A DNA stretch of 47,115 nt from Phycisphaerae bacterium (GTDB lineage Bacteria > Planctomycetota > Phycisphaerae > SM23-33 > FEN-1343), in NCBI GenBank assembly GCA_041687295.1, contig JAWLCG010000002.1, positions 1-47,115 on the forward strand, written 5' to 3'. Shown here in pieces: positions 1 to 9,900 of the stretch. Each line of letters opens with the position of its first letter. Positions within the stretch are counted from its first letter, which is position 1. The notes beneath the pieces were generated by a model. It saw nothing but the letters and a program-made list of their open reading frames with translations. It searched no databases and was not told the origin of the DNA. The translations under genes and the position numbers were made by a program.

Positions 1-1146
1 ACCGTCTTCATTGCCGTCCCCCGGCAGTCGGCCGTAGAGGTTCATCGCGGCAAGATCGCTACTGAAGGCTGTCCATGGATCGTTGTAGAACTCCACGAAC
101 GCCTCGTACCCGCTGACGCCGGGGGCGTAGGGTACCCAGTACTGGTTGGGCCTGTTGTACCAGGTCATCACGTAGGGGATCGTGCGGGTGAGCGGGTCGC
201 TCTGGAGGGTCGTCCGCAGATCGGTGAACCAGTCCGGGTCGGCCCAGGACGCCGAGTAGCTGTCCAGGCCCACGCCGGTCTCGTGGAAGGTCGGCAGCTT
301 GCCCTTGGCGTCGGCGATGCGGACGATCTCGCGGAGCACCTGCATCACGCCGGCCCTGTTGGGGTCGCCGTAGTAGTCCAGGCCCAGCACGTCCACGTAG
401 GCGTCGCCGGGGTACTTCTCGAGCAGGTTGGCCTCGATGTCGCCTTGGGCGAGAGGCCCGCGCCAGTTGGGGTTCCAGACGTATAGCAGGTTGTGCAGGC
501 CGCGGGTGTCGCGGTAGTACTCCACGGTGAACTGCCAGAACTGCTTGAACTGCTCGGGCGTGGCCAAGTTCCACCAGAAGGCGCTAACTAGGTTGAACTC
601 GTGCCAGGGCCGGTACAGGATCGGGATGGGGTTGCCTTGGGCATCAGTGAGGGTCTCGAGGTAATCGGCCCCGCGCGACAGCTCGGCCACCAGGAGGTGG
701 TGGTTGGCGCCGCCGGGCAGGATGGATGCGAAGTCGAGGTTCAGATCGCCCGAGCCGCCGCCGGTGACGGGGTTGCGCATGTGCCAGCACATCGTGACGG
801 GCGCGCCCAGTTCGTAGGCGAAGCGGATGCTCTCGCGCATCGAGTCGCCCTTGCCGACCTGGGTAGCTAAGTTCATCTGGTAGCTCCACAACCCCGGCCA
901 CTCGCCAGTGGCGGCCTTGACGTCCGACCAGCGGTCAACGCCGGCCGGCGTGGGCGTGACGTGGAAGTAGTCGGTCATGTGGTGGCCGAAGAGCATCTTC
1001 TGCCCGCGGATCCGCTGCAGGCCCGCTAGCAGGGCCCGGGTCGAGTCCGTGGCGTTCGGATCGCTGGGGCCGACCGGCTCGGCCAGGGCCATAGAACAGG
1101 TTGCCAGCACCACTACGACTGCCACTGCGTTCATTGCACGGTTCAC
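1..1146 (-). CDS. Secreted GH26 beta-mannanase-like glycoside hydrolase with the start of a dockerin-like tail; 3' end runs off the window
   Basis: Not in the ORF track; translated by hand. Signal peptide (MNAVAVVVVLATCSMALA), then MLFGHH, CWHMRNP, ILYRPWHEFN..FWW, LHNLLYVWNP, YPGDAYVDVLGLDYY and KLPTFHETG, ending LPGDGNEDG at the edge. GTG at 1146 follows AAGGGG; alternative ATG at 1134. Confidence 0.9.
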   Translation of the reverse strand, partial: MNRAMNAVAVVVVLATCSMALAEPVGPSDPNATDSTRALLAGLQRIRGQKMLFGHHMTDYFHVTPTPAGVDRWSDVKAATGEWPGLWSYQMNLATQVGKGDSMRESIRFAYELGAPVTMCWHMRNPVTGGGSGDLNLDFASILPGGANHHLLVAELSRGADYLETLTDAQGNPIPILYRPWHEFNLVSAFWWNLATPEQFKQFWQFTVEYYRDTRGLHNLLYVWNPNWRGPLAQGDIEANLLEKYPGDAYVDVLGLDYYGDPNRAGVMQVLREIVRIADAKGKLPTFHETGVGLDSYSASWADPDWFTDLRTTLQSDPLTRTIPYVMTWYNRPNQYWVPYAPGVSGYEAFVEFYNDPWTAFSSDLAAMNLYGRLPGDGNEDG

Positions 1147-1193
1147 GGCATTTTCCCCTTATCGCTGTGGGGGCCGCCGATGCACATGTCGGC

Positions 1194-2240
1194 TCAGAGT
1201 GTCTCCCCGGGCACGAGGCTGTAGGGCAGTGTGACGGCCTCGGGGTGCTGCCCGGCGACGACGGCGTCGAGGGCGGCGATCGTCTGGCGGGCGAGGGCCT
1301 CGTGGGTGACGGTCAGCTCGGTCGGCACAATGGGCAGGCCGCCGGCCTGGTAGCCCGGGCCCAGGACGATCACCGAGATCGCCTCGGGCACGGGCCGACC
1401 GGCCTCCAGCGCCGCTCGCCAGACCGGCCCGGCCAGCGACGGCGTGTACAGCAGCAGCCCGTCGGCGTCGGGGTGCTCGGCCAGCCAGGCCTTGACGCTT
1501 CCAGCGGCGCTGGCGTGGCGGAAGTCGCAGGCGCAGGGCGGCAGCACCTCCAGGCCGAACTCGGCCGCCAGGGCCGCCATCGCGTGCGGACGCAGCTGCA
1601 CGCTGTAGTGAACGGGTCCCACGCCCCCGCCCGTGGGGCCCACGTAGGCCACCCGCCGCCGGCCCCGCTGCGCGAAGGCTTCCATCGCCTGTCGAACGGC
1701 GCCCTCCTCGTCGAAGCTGACACAGCCGGCGCTGGTGCGGTCGTTGGTGTTCACCTGCACGGCCGGAATGCCGAAGCGATCGATTGCCTCGACCAGGGCC
1801 GGCGAGGGCGTGGAGAACAGCACCAGCCCGTCCACACAACTCTCGCGGACCACCCGAGGCAACTTGCCCTCGGGGCTCATCCGCTCGACCACCAGCAACC
1901 AGTCCCGTCGATGACTGGCGATGGTCAGCAGGTCCAGCACGCGCTCGGGGATGAAGCCCAGACTCTGGGCCAGCACGGCCACCGCACCGTGTCGGCGGCG
2001 GAAGTGGTTCCGATACGAACGGTTGGGCCGATAGCCCACCTTTCGGGCCGTCTCCAGCACCCGCTGGCGGGTCCGCTCGCTGTAGCGGACGGATCGGCTG
2101 CGGCGGTCGTTGACGATGTCGGTGACCACCCGCAGCGACACGCCCGTCAGCTCGGCCAGCCGGGCCAGCGTGACGTGATTGGGGTCCTCCCGGCTGGAGG
2201 GCGGTCCAGAGGCGGAAGCTTGGGGCTTGACGGATTCCAC
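1194..2240 (-). CDS. LacI-family transcriptional regulator
   Basis: HTH VTLARLAELTGVSLRVVTDIVN, RVLETARKVGYRPN and C-terminal GRPVPEAISVI. The track start at 2276 is a TTG that coincides with a -35 box, so GTG at 2240 is preferred. Confidence 0.88.
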   Translation of the reverse strand: MESVKPQASASGPPSSREDPNHVTLARLAELTGVSLRVVTDIVNDRRSRSVRYSERTRQRVLETARKVGYRPNRSYRNHFRRRHGAVAVLAQSLGFIPERVLDLLTIASHRRDWLLVVERMSPEGKLPRVVRESCVDGLVLFSTPSPALVEAIDRFGIPAVQVNTNDRTSAGCVSFDEEGAVRQAMEAFAQRGRRRVAYVGPTGGGVGPVHYSVQLRPHAMAALAAEFGLEVLPPCACDFRHASAAGSVKAWLAEHPDADGLLLYTPSLAGPVWRAALEAGRPVPEAISVIVLGPGYQAGGLPIVPTELTVTHEALARQTIAALDAVVAGQHPEAVTLPYSLVPGETL

Positions 2241-2276
2241 ATGAAGAATCATACTACTGGAGCGTGGATCTGTCAA
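2227..2276. promoter_or_regulatory. Overlapping divergent sigma70-type promoters with a putative operator
   Basis: Plus strand: TTGACG(2227-2232)-N17-CATACT(2250-2255). Minus strand: TTGACA(2276-2271)-N17-TATGAT(2253-2248). Imperfect palindrome GATTCcacatgaaGAATC at 2233-2250. Confidence 0.7.
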
Positions 2277-2332
2277 TGGCCCAGGCGGCGACCGCCACTG
2301 CGGGCCCAGCCACTGGGTTCAGGAGGGTCACG

Positions 2333-3616
2333 ATGCGAACGGAATCAGCGCTGGGGGTACTGGTGCTGGCGGCCATGTGTCTTCCGTCGACCGCACACGC
2401 GCAGGCAGCGGAGGTCAAGCCCGTGGAGGACGTGAGCGAAGGGAATGCATCCCGAATCGTCGGCTTCGAGTGGGTTGTCTTCTCGGCGGGCAAGCGGACG
2501 CTGCCGGCGCTGCGGATCTACGGCGAGGCCGGTCAGAGCGGCTGCTGGATCGGTGACTTCGTCCACCGCGATGCACCGAAGTGGGGGCGGGAGTTCCTGC
2601 CGCGACTGCAGGGGCAGGACATCGCTGACCCTGAGGCCCTGTGGGACTGGATGCGGGAGCAGGGCTTTCCGCCCTCGCTGATGACGGCCATCGACATTGC
2701 CGCGTGGGACCTCTACGGCCAATCCCGGGGCAAGCCAGTGGCGGAGCTGCTGGGGCCGGTGCAGCGTGACCGTGTGGCGCTGTATGTGGCGGGCTTGCCG
2801 GACATGACGGTCGAACAGAACCGCCAGGCCGTTCGCCAGTGTATTCGGCGCGGCATCCGGGGATACAAGGTCTACGCCTACCTCAAAGGCCACGGCCCGG
2901 CCCGCGACCCCGGCGACCGCGAGGCGGCGGCCCATTGGATCGAGCGAGACATCGCCCTGGCCCGGGCCGTGCACGAGGCGGCCGACGGCGAGGTGGAGTT
3001 GATGTTCTACCCGGGCAACAGCTACTCCCTGGAGGACGCGACCCGCGTGGGGCAGGTGCTGGATGAGTTGGGCTACAGCCTCTACTTCGACCCGATGCCG
3101 CAGGGGGAAGACGACCTGGCCGGCTACGTCGAGCTGCAGAGCCGCGTTCGCACACCGATCTGCGGACCGATCCAGGGCGCGGGCGTGGAGGGCCGCCTGG
3201 AGTGGGTGCGGGTTGGGGCGATGGACATGGCCGAGATCGACCTCTACGCCGGCGGCTTCACGCCCTGCCTGCGGATGGTGCGGGCCTGCGCGGAGGCCGG
3301 CGTGCCGCTGGACCTGCACGGCGGCTTCCCCATGGACATCTACCAGTTCCCGCTCTACGGCCTGGTGGGCGACGACGTGCTGCCCTGGCTGGGCCTGCAC
3401 CACCGTGTGCCGCAGTACATCCCGGTGGCCGAGGACCCGGAGGGCACTGAGGTCGCTCCCGCGAGGATGCCCTGGGTGAAGCGCATCCAGGCCCGGCCCA
3501 TCGACGCCGAGGGCAACGTGCGGCTGATCTACGAGATCCCCGGCATGGGCCTGGAGCCCGACTGGGAGTACATTCGCCAGAACGCTACCGCAGCCAACCC
3601 CGACGAGGAGCATTGA
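2333..3616 (+). CDS. Secreted mandelate racemase/muconate-lactonizing (enolase superfamily)-like protein with a degenerate active site
   Basis: AIDIAAWDLYGQSRGKPVAELLG signature and C-terminal PGMGLEPDW. AGGAGG precedes ATG 2333. Signal peptide ends in AHA-Q. Confidence 0.8.
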   Translation: MRTESALGVLVLAAMCLPSTAHAQAAEVKPVEDVSEGNASRIVGFEWVVFSAGKRTLPALRIYGEAGQSGCWIGDFVHRDAPKWGREFLPRLQGQDIADPEALWDWMREQGFPPSLMTAIDIAAWDLYGQSRGKPVAELLGPVQRDRVALYVAGLPDMTVEQNRQAVRQCIRRGIRGYKVYAYLKGHGPARDPGDREAAAHWIERDIALARAVHEAADGEVELMFYPGNSYSLEDATRVGQVLDELGYSLYFDPMPQGEDDLAGYVELQSRVRTPICGPIQGAGVEGRLEWVRVGAMDMAEIDLYAGGFTPCLRMVRACAEAGVPLDLHGGFPMDIYQFPLYGLVGDDVLPWLGLHHRVPQYIPVAEDPEGTEVAPARMPWVKRIQARPIDAEGNVRLIYEIPGMGLEPDWEYIRQNATAANPDEEH

Positions 3617-3617
3617 A

Positions 3618-4694
3618 GTGGCCCGCAGAGGCACGTATCTGTTCGTCGCGATCCTGGTCACCGCCGTCTCCGGCCTGGCCGGTGTGGCGTCCGCACAGGA
3701 GGGACAACCCATGGAAGACATGCTCCGTCCATACCTGGACCCGGGCTTTTTCCCCCAAGAGGGCCCCGATACGGATAAGGACTTCATCAACGCGGGTGTA
3801 GCCGCGATTCGCGAGGCCCTGCCGGCGATGTCCCCATATATCGCAGGCGCCAGGCCGAAGGTTCTCGTCCTCACGCAGGGAACCTATGGGCCTCTGCATG
3901 TGCCGGGGGCGGCGGGTCTGCTGGTGCTGCTCCGCGAGGCGGCCCGGCGCTACGACGCATTCGAACTGACGGAACTCTACAGCGACGAGTCCATCGACGC
4001 CGAGATGCTCGAGGGCTACGACGTGGTCGTGCTGAACCACGTGGGCCGCACCCGCCGGCCCGAGGTGTTCAACGAGATTTTGCCCGCCTGGGTCCGCGGC
4101 GGCGGGGGGCTGGTGGGCATCCACAGCGCGGCCCTGCTGTTCAAGGACCAGCCCGACGCCGAGTACAACCGGCTGCTCGGCGCCTATGTTGATACGGTCA
4201 ACACACAGTACGGCCATCCCGGGGGGCACGGCGGATCCTTCCCGGTGGTACTGCCCCAGCCGGAGGATCCGCTGGTCCGGGCCTTCCACGGCGAGCCCAC
4301 GGAGCGCACCGTCAGACACCGTTACCTCAGAGGCTCCGAGCGGCGGGGATACGACGTCACCATTCGCCCGCCGGTGGAGCTGGCGGACGAGCTGTACGCG
4401 CTGGTTCCGGCCCCGGGCCTGCAGACCCGGCCGGAGGTCCTTGTGCAGATCGACAACGAGGCGGCCACCCAGCGGTACCCGGAGGGGGCGGACAATTTCA
4501 CTTACGCGCTGAACTGGGTCCAGCCCTACGGCCAGGGGCGGGTGTTCTACACGCAGTTCGGCCACAACCTCGCGGTCTACTCGGTGCCGTGCGTCGCCCA
4601 GGGCATCCTGGACGGTGTCCTATACGCCGCGGGAGCGGAACAGCAGCCCACGACGAATGCGGCGGACGGGCCCGGCGATGGCACAGGCCAATGA
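3618..4694 (+). CDS. Secreted ThuA-like (class I glutamine amidotransferase-like) domain protein
   Basis: Signal peptide, YDVVVLN, WVRGGGGLVGIHSA, DELY and WVQPYGQGRVFYTQFGH. Confidence 0.85.
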   Translation: MARRGTYLFVAILVTAVSGLAGVASAQEGQPMEDMLRPYLDPGFFPQEGPDTDKDFINAGVAAIREALPAMSPYIAGARPKVLVLTQGTYGPLHVPGAAGLLVLLREAARRYDAFELTELYSDESIDAEMLEGYDVVVLNHVGRTRRPEVFNEILPAWVRGGGGLVGIHSAALLFKDQPDAEYNRLLGAYVDTVNTQYGHPGGHGGSFPVVLPQPEDPLVRAFHGEPTERTVRHRYLRGSERRGYDVTIRPPVELADELYALVPAPGLQTRPEVLVQIDNEAATQRYPEGADNFTYALNWVQPYGQGRVFYTQFGHNLAVYSVPCVAQGILDGVLYAAGAEQQPTTNAADGPGDGTGQ

Positions 4695-4719
4695 GGCTCG
4701 TCGGCGGCAGGAGGATCGG

Positions 4720-6720
4720 ATGATGCGAACGAACGGTAGAACCGTGTCCCTGGTCCTTGCGCTGTGTGTGGGGGTGGCGGGGCTGGCGTCCTCGGCCTTG
4801 GCCACCGACGCCGTACAGGCCGGGCGCCTCACCATGGACCCGCCGACGCTGAGTTGCCTGGGCTTCGCCTGGGAGATCAGCGGCGACGACAACCGCAATG
4901 CGACCGCTCGCGTCGAATACCGCAAGGCGGGCGATGCCGACTGGCGGCAGGCGTTGGCGTTGCTGCGGATCGGCGGCCAGCACGTGGGGCGCACCTCGGA
5001 CTGGCTGGACCATCAGGTTCCGCACATGCTCGCCGGGAGCATCATGGACTTGGAGGAGGCGACGGAATACGAGGTTCGCATCACTGTCGAGGATCCCGAC
5101 GGCGTGGAAGGCGAGGCGAGCAAGGTCCGCCGGGTCCGCACGCGCGGCGAGCCCGTCAACCCCGAAGGCGGGCGCGTCTTCCACGTCTACCCCCCGGAGC
5201 ACCCGATCCGCTGGCCGCAGAACGAGTTCAAGAACCTCTACAACGCCTACTACGGAGGCGTCGGCAACCTGGGCGACTTCAACATGGTCTGGCCACGCAA
5301 AGTGCAACCCGGCGACACCATTCTGGTGCACGCCGGCACCTACCGGGCGGACCTGCAGCATTACACCGACCGCATGGGCCTGGTGAGCGACGGCACCTAC
5401 TGGCTCACGGCCAAGGGCACGGCCGAACAGCCGATCGTCATCAAGGCGGCCGGCGACGGGGAGGTGATCTTCGACGGGGCCGGGGCGGATGTGTTGTTCA
5501 ACGTCATGGCTGCCGACTACCACACCTTTGAGGGCATCACCTTCCGCAACGCCGGCACCGCGATCTTCGCGGGCATGCAGGATGTGGGCGGCGCTGTCGG
5601 CCTGACGGTGCGGAACTGCCGGTTCGAGAATGTCCGCGACGGGGTCTTCACCCTGTATGCCGGCTCGCGCGACTTCCACATCGCCGACAATGTGTTCGTT
5701 GGCAGGAACGTCCGCGATCGCATGACCCCTTGGGGCGGTCCCGAAGAGGGCTACCTCAAGAGCAACACCGCGATTACCGTTCAGGGCTCCGGCCACGTGA
5801 TCCGTCGCAATGCCATCGCGTATTTCTGGCAGGCGGTCCACATGGGCACGGCCTTTCCGGGCTGGGACAGCGGCGCTGCGATCGACATCTATGAGAATGA
5901 CCTGCACGTCCTGGTGGACGACGGGGTCGAGACCGATGGCGGCGTGCGAAACATCCGCGTGCTGCGCAACCGCATCGCCAATACGGGCTCGGCCCTGAGC
6001 GCCCAGCCAATCTACGGAGGCCCCGCGTATTTCATTCGGAACGTCGCATACAACTTCCGCATGGGCATGAAGTTTCATGAGGCTCACCCCTCGGGTCTGA
6101 TCGCCTGTCACAACACGTTCGTCGGCGACGGGCTGCTCTCACGGGGCCTGTATACCAATGCGCACTTCCGGAACAACCTCTACCTGTCGCCGTCTAACCA
6201 CACGGGCGTGGCCGGGTTCCCGGAGGGTGGCAACGGCGTGACGGCGGACTTCAACGGCTATGACGGCCGGACGCGGTTCCTCGTGAGTGTCCTCGACGGA
6301 TTCGCGCCGGTCATGGACAAGTCCCGCGATCCGTGGTGGCCGCTCAAGCGATATCCCCCGCGTGAGACCGACACGGTGTTCGACTCGTTCGAGGCGTTCC
6401 GGGAGGCCACCGGCCATGAAGCGCACGGCCGGCTGGTCGATGGACGAGTCTTCGCAGACCTGCAGCCCTACGAGCGGCCGGGGCCCGGTGAGCCCAGGCC
6501 GGTGGTCTTCATGGAAGACATCGACTTGCGACTCCATCCCCATGGCCCGGCTATGGATGCGGGCACGGTGCTGCCGAACGTGAACGACGGCTTCACAGGT
6601 CAGGCTCCAGACCTGGGAGCATACGAAGTCGGCCACCCTCGGGTGCACTACGGCCCGCCCGGATGGAAGGGATGGCGGGCGTTCGAACAGGCCCAGGCGG
6701 AACGCCGCGCCGATGAATGA
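4720..6720 (+). CDS. Secreted right-handed parallel beta-helix protein with an N-terminal FN3-like domain (polysaccharide lyase-like)
   Basis: GGAGG RBS and signal peptide. FN3-like LEEATEYEVRITVEDPDG, then PGDTILVHAGTY, beta-helix repeats (IADNVF, IRRNAI, IYENDL, VLRNRI) and cap PAMDAG...APDLGAYE. Confidence 0.8.
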   Translation: MMRTNGRTVSLVLALCVGVAGLASSALATDAVQAGRLTMDPPTLSCLGFAWEISGDDNRNATARVEYRKAGDADWRQALALLRIGGQHVGRTSDWLDHQVPHMLAGSIMDLEEATEYEVRITVEDPDGVEGEASKVRRVRTRGEPVNPEGGRVFHVYPPEHPIRWPQNEFKNLYNAYYGGVGNLGDFNMVWPRKVQPGDTILVHAGTYRADLQHYTDRMGLVSDGTYWLTAKGTAEQPIVIKAAGDGEVIFDGAGADVLFNVMAADYHTFEGITFRNAGTAIFAGMQDVGGAVGLTVRNCRFENVRDGVFTLYAGSRDFHIADNVFVGRNVRDRMTPWGGPEEGYLKSNTAITVQGSGHVIRRNAIAYFWQAVHMGTAFPGWDSGAAIDIYENDLHVLVDDGVETDGGVRNIRVLRNRIANTGSALSAQPIYGGPAYFIRNVAYNFRMGMKFHEAHPSGLIACHNTFVGDGLLSRGLYTNAHFRNNLYLSPSNHTGVAGFPEGGNGVTADFNGYDGRTRFLVSVLDGFAPVMDKSRDPWWPLKRYPPRETDTVFDSFEAFREATGHEAHGRLVDGRVFADLQPYERPGPGEPRPVVFMEDIDLRLHPHGPAMDAGTVLPNVNDGFTGQAPDLGAYEVGHPRVHYGPPGWKGWRAFEQAQAERRADE

Positions 6721-6929
6721 AGCCATGTGTTGTGAAGAAGGACGATGAGCGCCCCATGCAGACGGTTGTGGGCCAGACGCAGGCCGGGTAGGCTGCAAGA
6801 ACCCAACGGCGGATCGAACTGAGGCGGGCTGCCGGCGTCGCGCCCTGGGTATGGATGATCCCTTCGGTGATGCAGGGACTGCGGCGGACCGGTCCAGAGC
6901 ACAGACCCGATGAGAAGGAGCGATGAGCG

Positions 6930-9900
6930 ATGACACAGCAGCGGATCAAGCGGCAGGCGGTTGGGAGGCATGCAGTGACACTTGGCAGTCTGGCGGGTTT
7001 CCTTGGGGTGTTTGTGTTGATTGGCCAGGTCGCCCTGGCCCAGGACTACGCCTGGCAGGTGCCCCATGCCCGCGTGCTGCCCCACGGCGACCTCGAGTGG
7101 GCGCCTGAGCCGTTCGCATTCCAGGCCGGCTCCGCGGTCTACTGCATCGACTACGAGAACGGCGACGACGCCAACCGTGGCACGCGCGCGCAGCCCTGGA
7201 AGCACCACCCGTGGGACCCCAATGCCGGAGGGCAGGCTGCACAGGCGTCGGGGCCCGCGACGTACGTCTTCCGCCGCGGGGTGACCTACCGCGGCGTCTT
7301 GAGCCCCGGCGAGGATCGCGGCACGCCCGAAGAGCCCATCCGGTTGACCAGCGACCCGAGTTGGGGCGAGGGCGAGGCCCGCATTTACGGCTCGGCCATC
7401 GTCACCGACTGGCAACTCGGCGGCCATGACCGCATGCCCCAACGCGACCGCGTCTGGTCGGCGGAGGTGGACTTCCTGCCCCGCACGCTGTGGATGGTTG
7501 GCTCCGACGGCGAGATCACCCGCCTGACGCTCGCCCGCGACCCCAATTGGACCGAACCCGACCCCAACGACCCGATGGCCGACTGGCCCACCTGGGAGAA
7601 CCCCCGCTGGTGGACCGGCGAGCATGTCATCAAGGTCGGCGATCAGGACCGCCACCTGGGGATCGACACCCAGCGCCTGACCCGCCCGGCCGCCGATTAC
7701 GTCGGGGCGACGGTCTGGACCGAGTGGGGCATCGTGATGGGCAGCCCGTATCCCTCGCGAGTCGAGGCGTTCTGCGAGGAGGAGCGGGGCGTGAGCATCC
7801 GCGGGCCGTGGACCTGGAACATGAGCGAGCGGATCATCACGGGCAACCGCTACTACCTGGAGAACATGCCCTGGATGCTCGACGAGCCCGGCGAGTACTG
7901 GGTTGAACGTCTGGGCGACAACCGGGCCAGGATCCATGTTCGCTTGCCTGATGACAGCGACCCCAACGACGTTACGATCGAGGCCGGCCGGCACATCAAC
8001 ATCCTGGACGCGGATCAGCTCCACCACGTACACGTCAGCGGGCTGACGTTCCGCTTCACGAACATCCACTGGGACTACGACACGCCCCGCTGGGTGCACC
8101 CGGAGGTGCAGTCGGCGGTGATCCGCCTGGAGGGCATTGGCGACGACATCCGCATCACGCACAACCTCTTCGAGCACGTGCACACGCCGGTGCGGATGCG
8201 CCCCACGACGGTCACCCAGCAAATCGGCACGATCGCCATCAACGACAACCAGATGCGCTACACCGACCACGGGGCCGTGGTCATCCACGCCCACTTCGAC
8301 GGCGACAACCGCCACGAGTATGGGCGGGCCGAGTACGTCGAGATGTTGCGGAACAACCTCTACCACATCGGCTGGCGGATCATCAGCGGCGAGCATGGCC
8401 ACGCGGTGGACATCCGCTTTCCGCACCGCTCGCACATCGCGGGCAACTTCCTCTACCGCATCGCGGGCTGGGGCATCTCGGTCTTTGGCGGCAAAGGCGG
8501 TGGCCGGGTGGGCCTGGACGTGCCGTTCAGCCGCTACCTGATCCACCACAACCGCGTGCACGACGTGCTGCTCAAGAGCAACGACTGGGGTGGCATCGAG
8601 ACCTGGCAGGGCGGGCCGTTCTACGTCTTCAACAACCTGGTGATCAACCCGCGCGGCTTTAAGAACTGGATCTACATCCGCGGCCAGAAGGACCGCGTCC
8701 CCGCCTTCGGCCATGCCTACTATGCCGACGGCGCGTTCAAGAACTACCTGTTCAACAACATCGCCTGGGGCCTGAACAACGAGCCCGGCGGCAAGGACGC
8801 CAACAGCACCGCCCTGCAGAACATCATCAGCTTCGAGAACACCTTCTTCCACAACACCTTCTTCCGCTTCGCCGCCGTGACGCGTCAGCAGGCCCCGTCG
8901 GCCGGGCGGTTCCGCTATCTGGGCAACGTGATCGACGACGCCTCGCTGATGGTCTTCCGCAGCGCCGACCCGCGCGACACGCCGCCCGACCCCAACGCCG
9001 AGCACTACACCCAGGGCGGCCAGTTCGCCTACGAGACGATCGCCTACCGCGGCAACGTGATGCACGACATCCGCGGCAGCATCGGCACGTTCGAGGAGAC
9101 GGGGTACGTGTATGACGAACTGGGAGACTTCGCCGGAGCGCTTGAGCGTCTAAACGCCCAGGCGGCCGGGGTGGGCGTCGTGTCCGACAATCCGCCGCTG
9201 CGCGATCCGGCCGGCGGCGACTTCCGTCCTGCGCCCGACAGCGCCGCCATCGAGCACGGCCAGCGGGTCTTCGTCCCCTGGGCCCTTTATGGCGTGGTGG
9301 GCGAGTGGCAGTTCATCCGCAACAACGCCGACCCCTCCGAGATAGTCGACACCCACTGGTACATGACCCCCGCCCACGCCGGCCGAGGGCAGTATAAGGA
9401 CATGCCGCGATACCCCCTGCGCGCGGTCAGCTACAGCGATGCCAGCCATGTGCAGGGCGTGCTGGATGACTGGTCGCCCGCCTCGGCCCTGCGGCTCGAC
9501 GGCCAGGGGCAGTACCTGACCGTTCCCCACGCGTCCCTGCCGCCGGTGCCCCCGCCGGCCGACCGAACCGTCCGCAATGAGACGGTCGAGTTGGAATTCG
9601 CCACCGTCGAACTGCCCGAGACGCTATCGGTCGGCGAGCCGGTGACGGTCACGGTGCATCTAAAGGCGCCCCAGCCCACCCAGCAGGTCGGCGTGCACCT
9701 GCACTGGTTCAAGCGGGACAGCTGGGGCGGCTTGAGCACGATGGCCAACCCCACGCCGGTGGCCGGTGAGCCCAACAGCTTCCGCTTCACCTTCATGGCC
9801 GGGCGCCACGGTGAGAGGTATATCGGGGGGGATCTGCACCATTACGGCGTGCGGGTCTTCCTGTCGCCCGACGGCAGCGCCGAGCGGCTGACCCAGGAGG

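Noticed and set aside
6721-6929. Possible riboswitch or ncRNA in the 209-bp intergenic gap
   Set aside because: Only weak short hairpins and no recognisable consensus. An Rfam/Infernal search would be needed.
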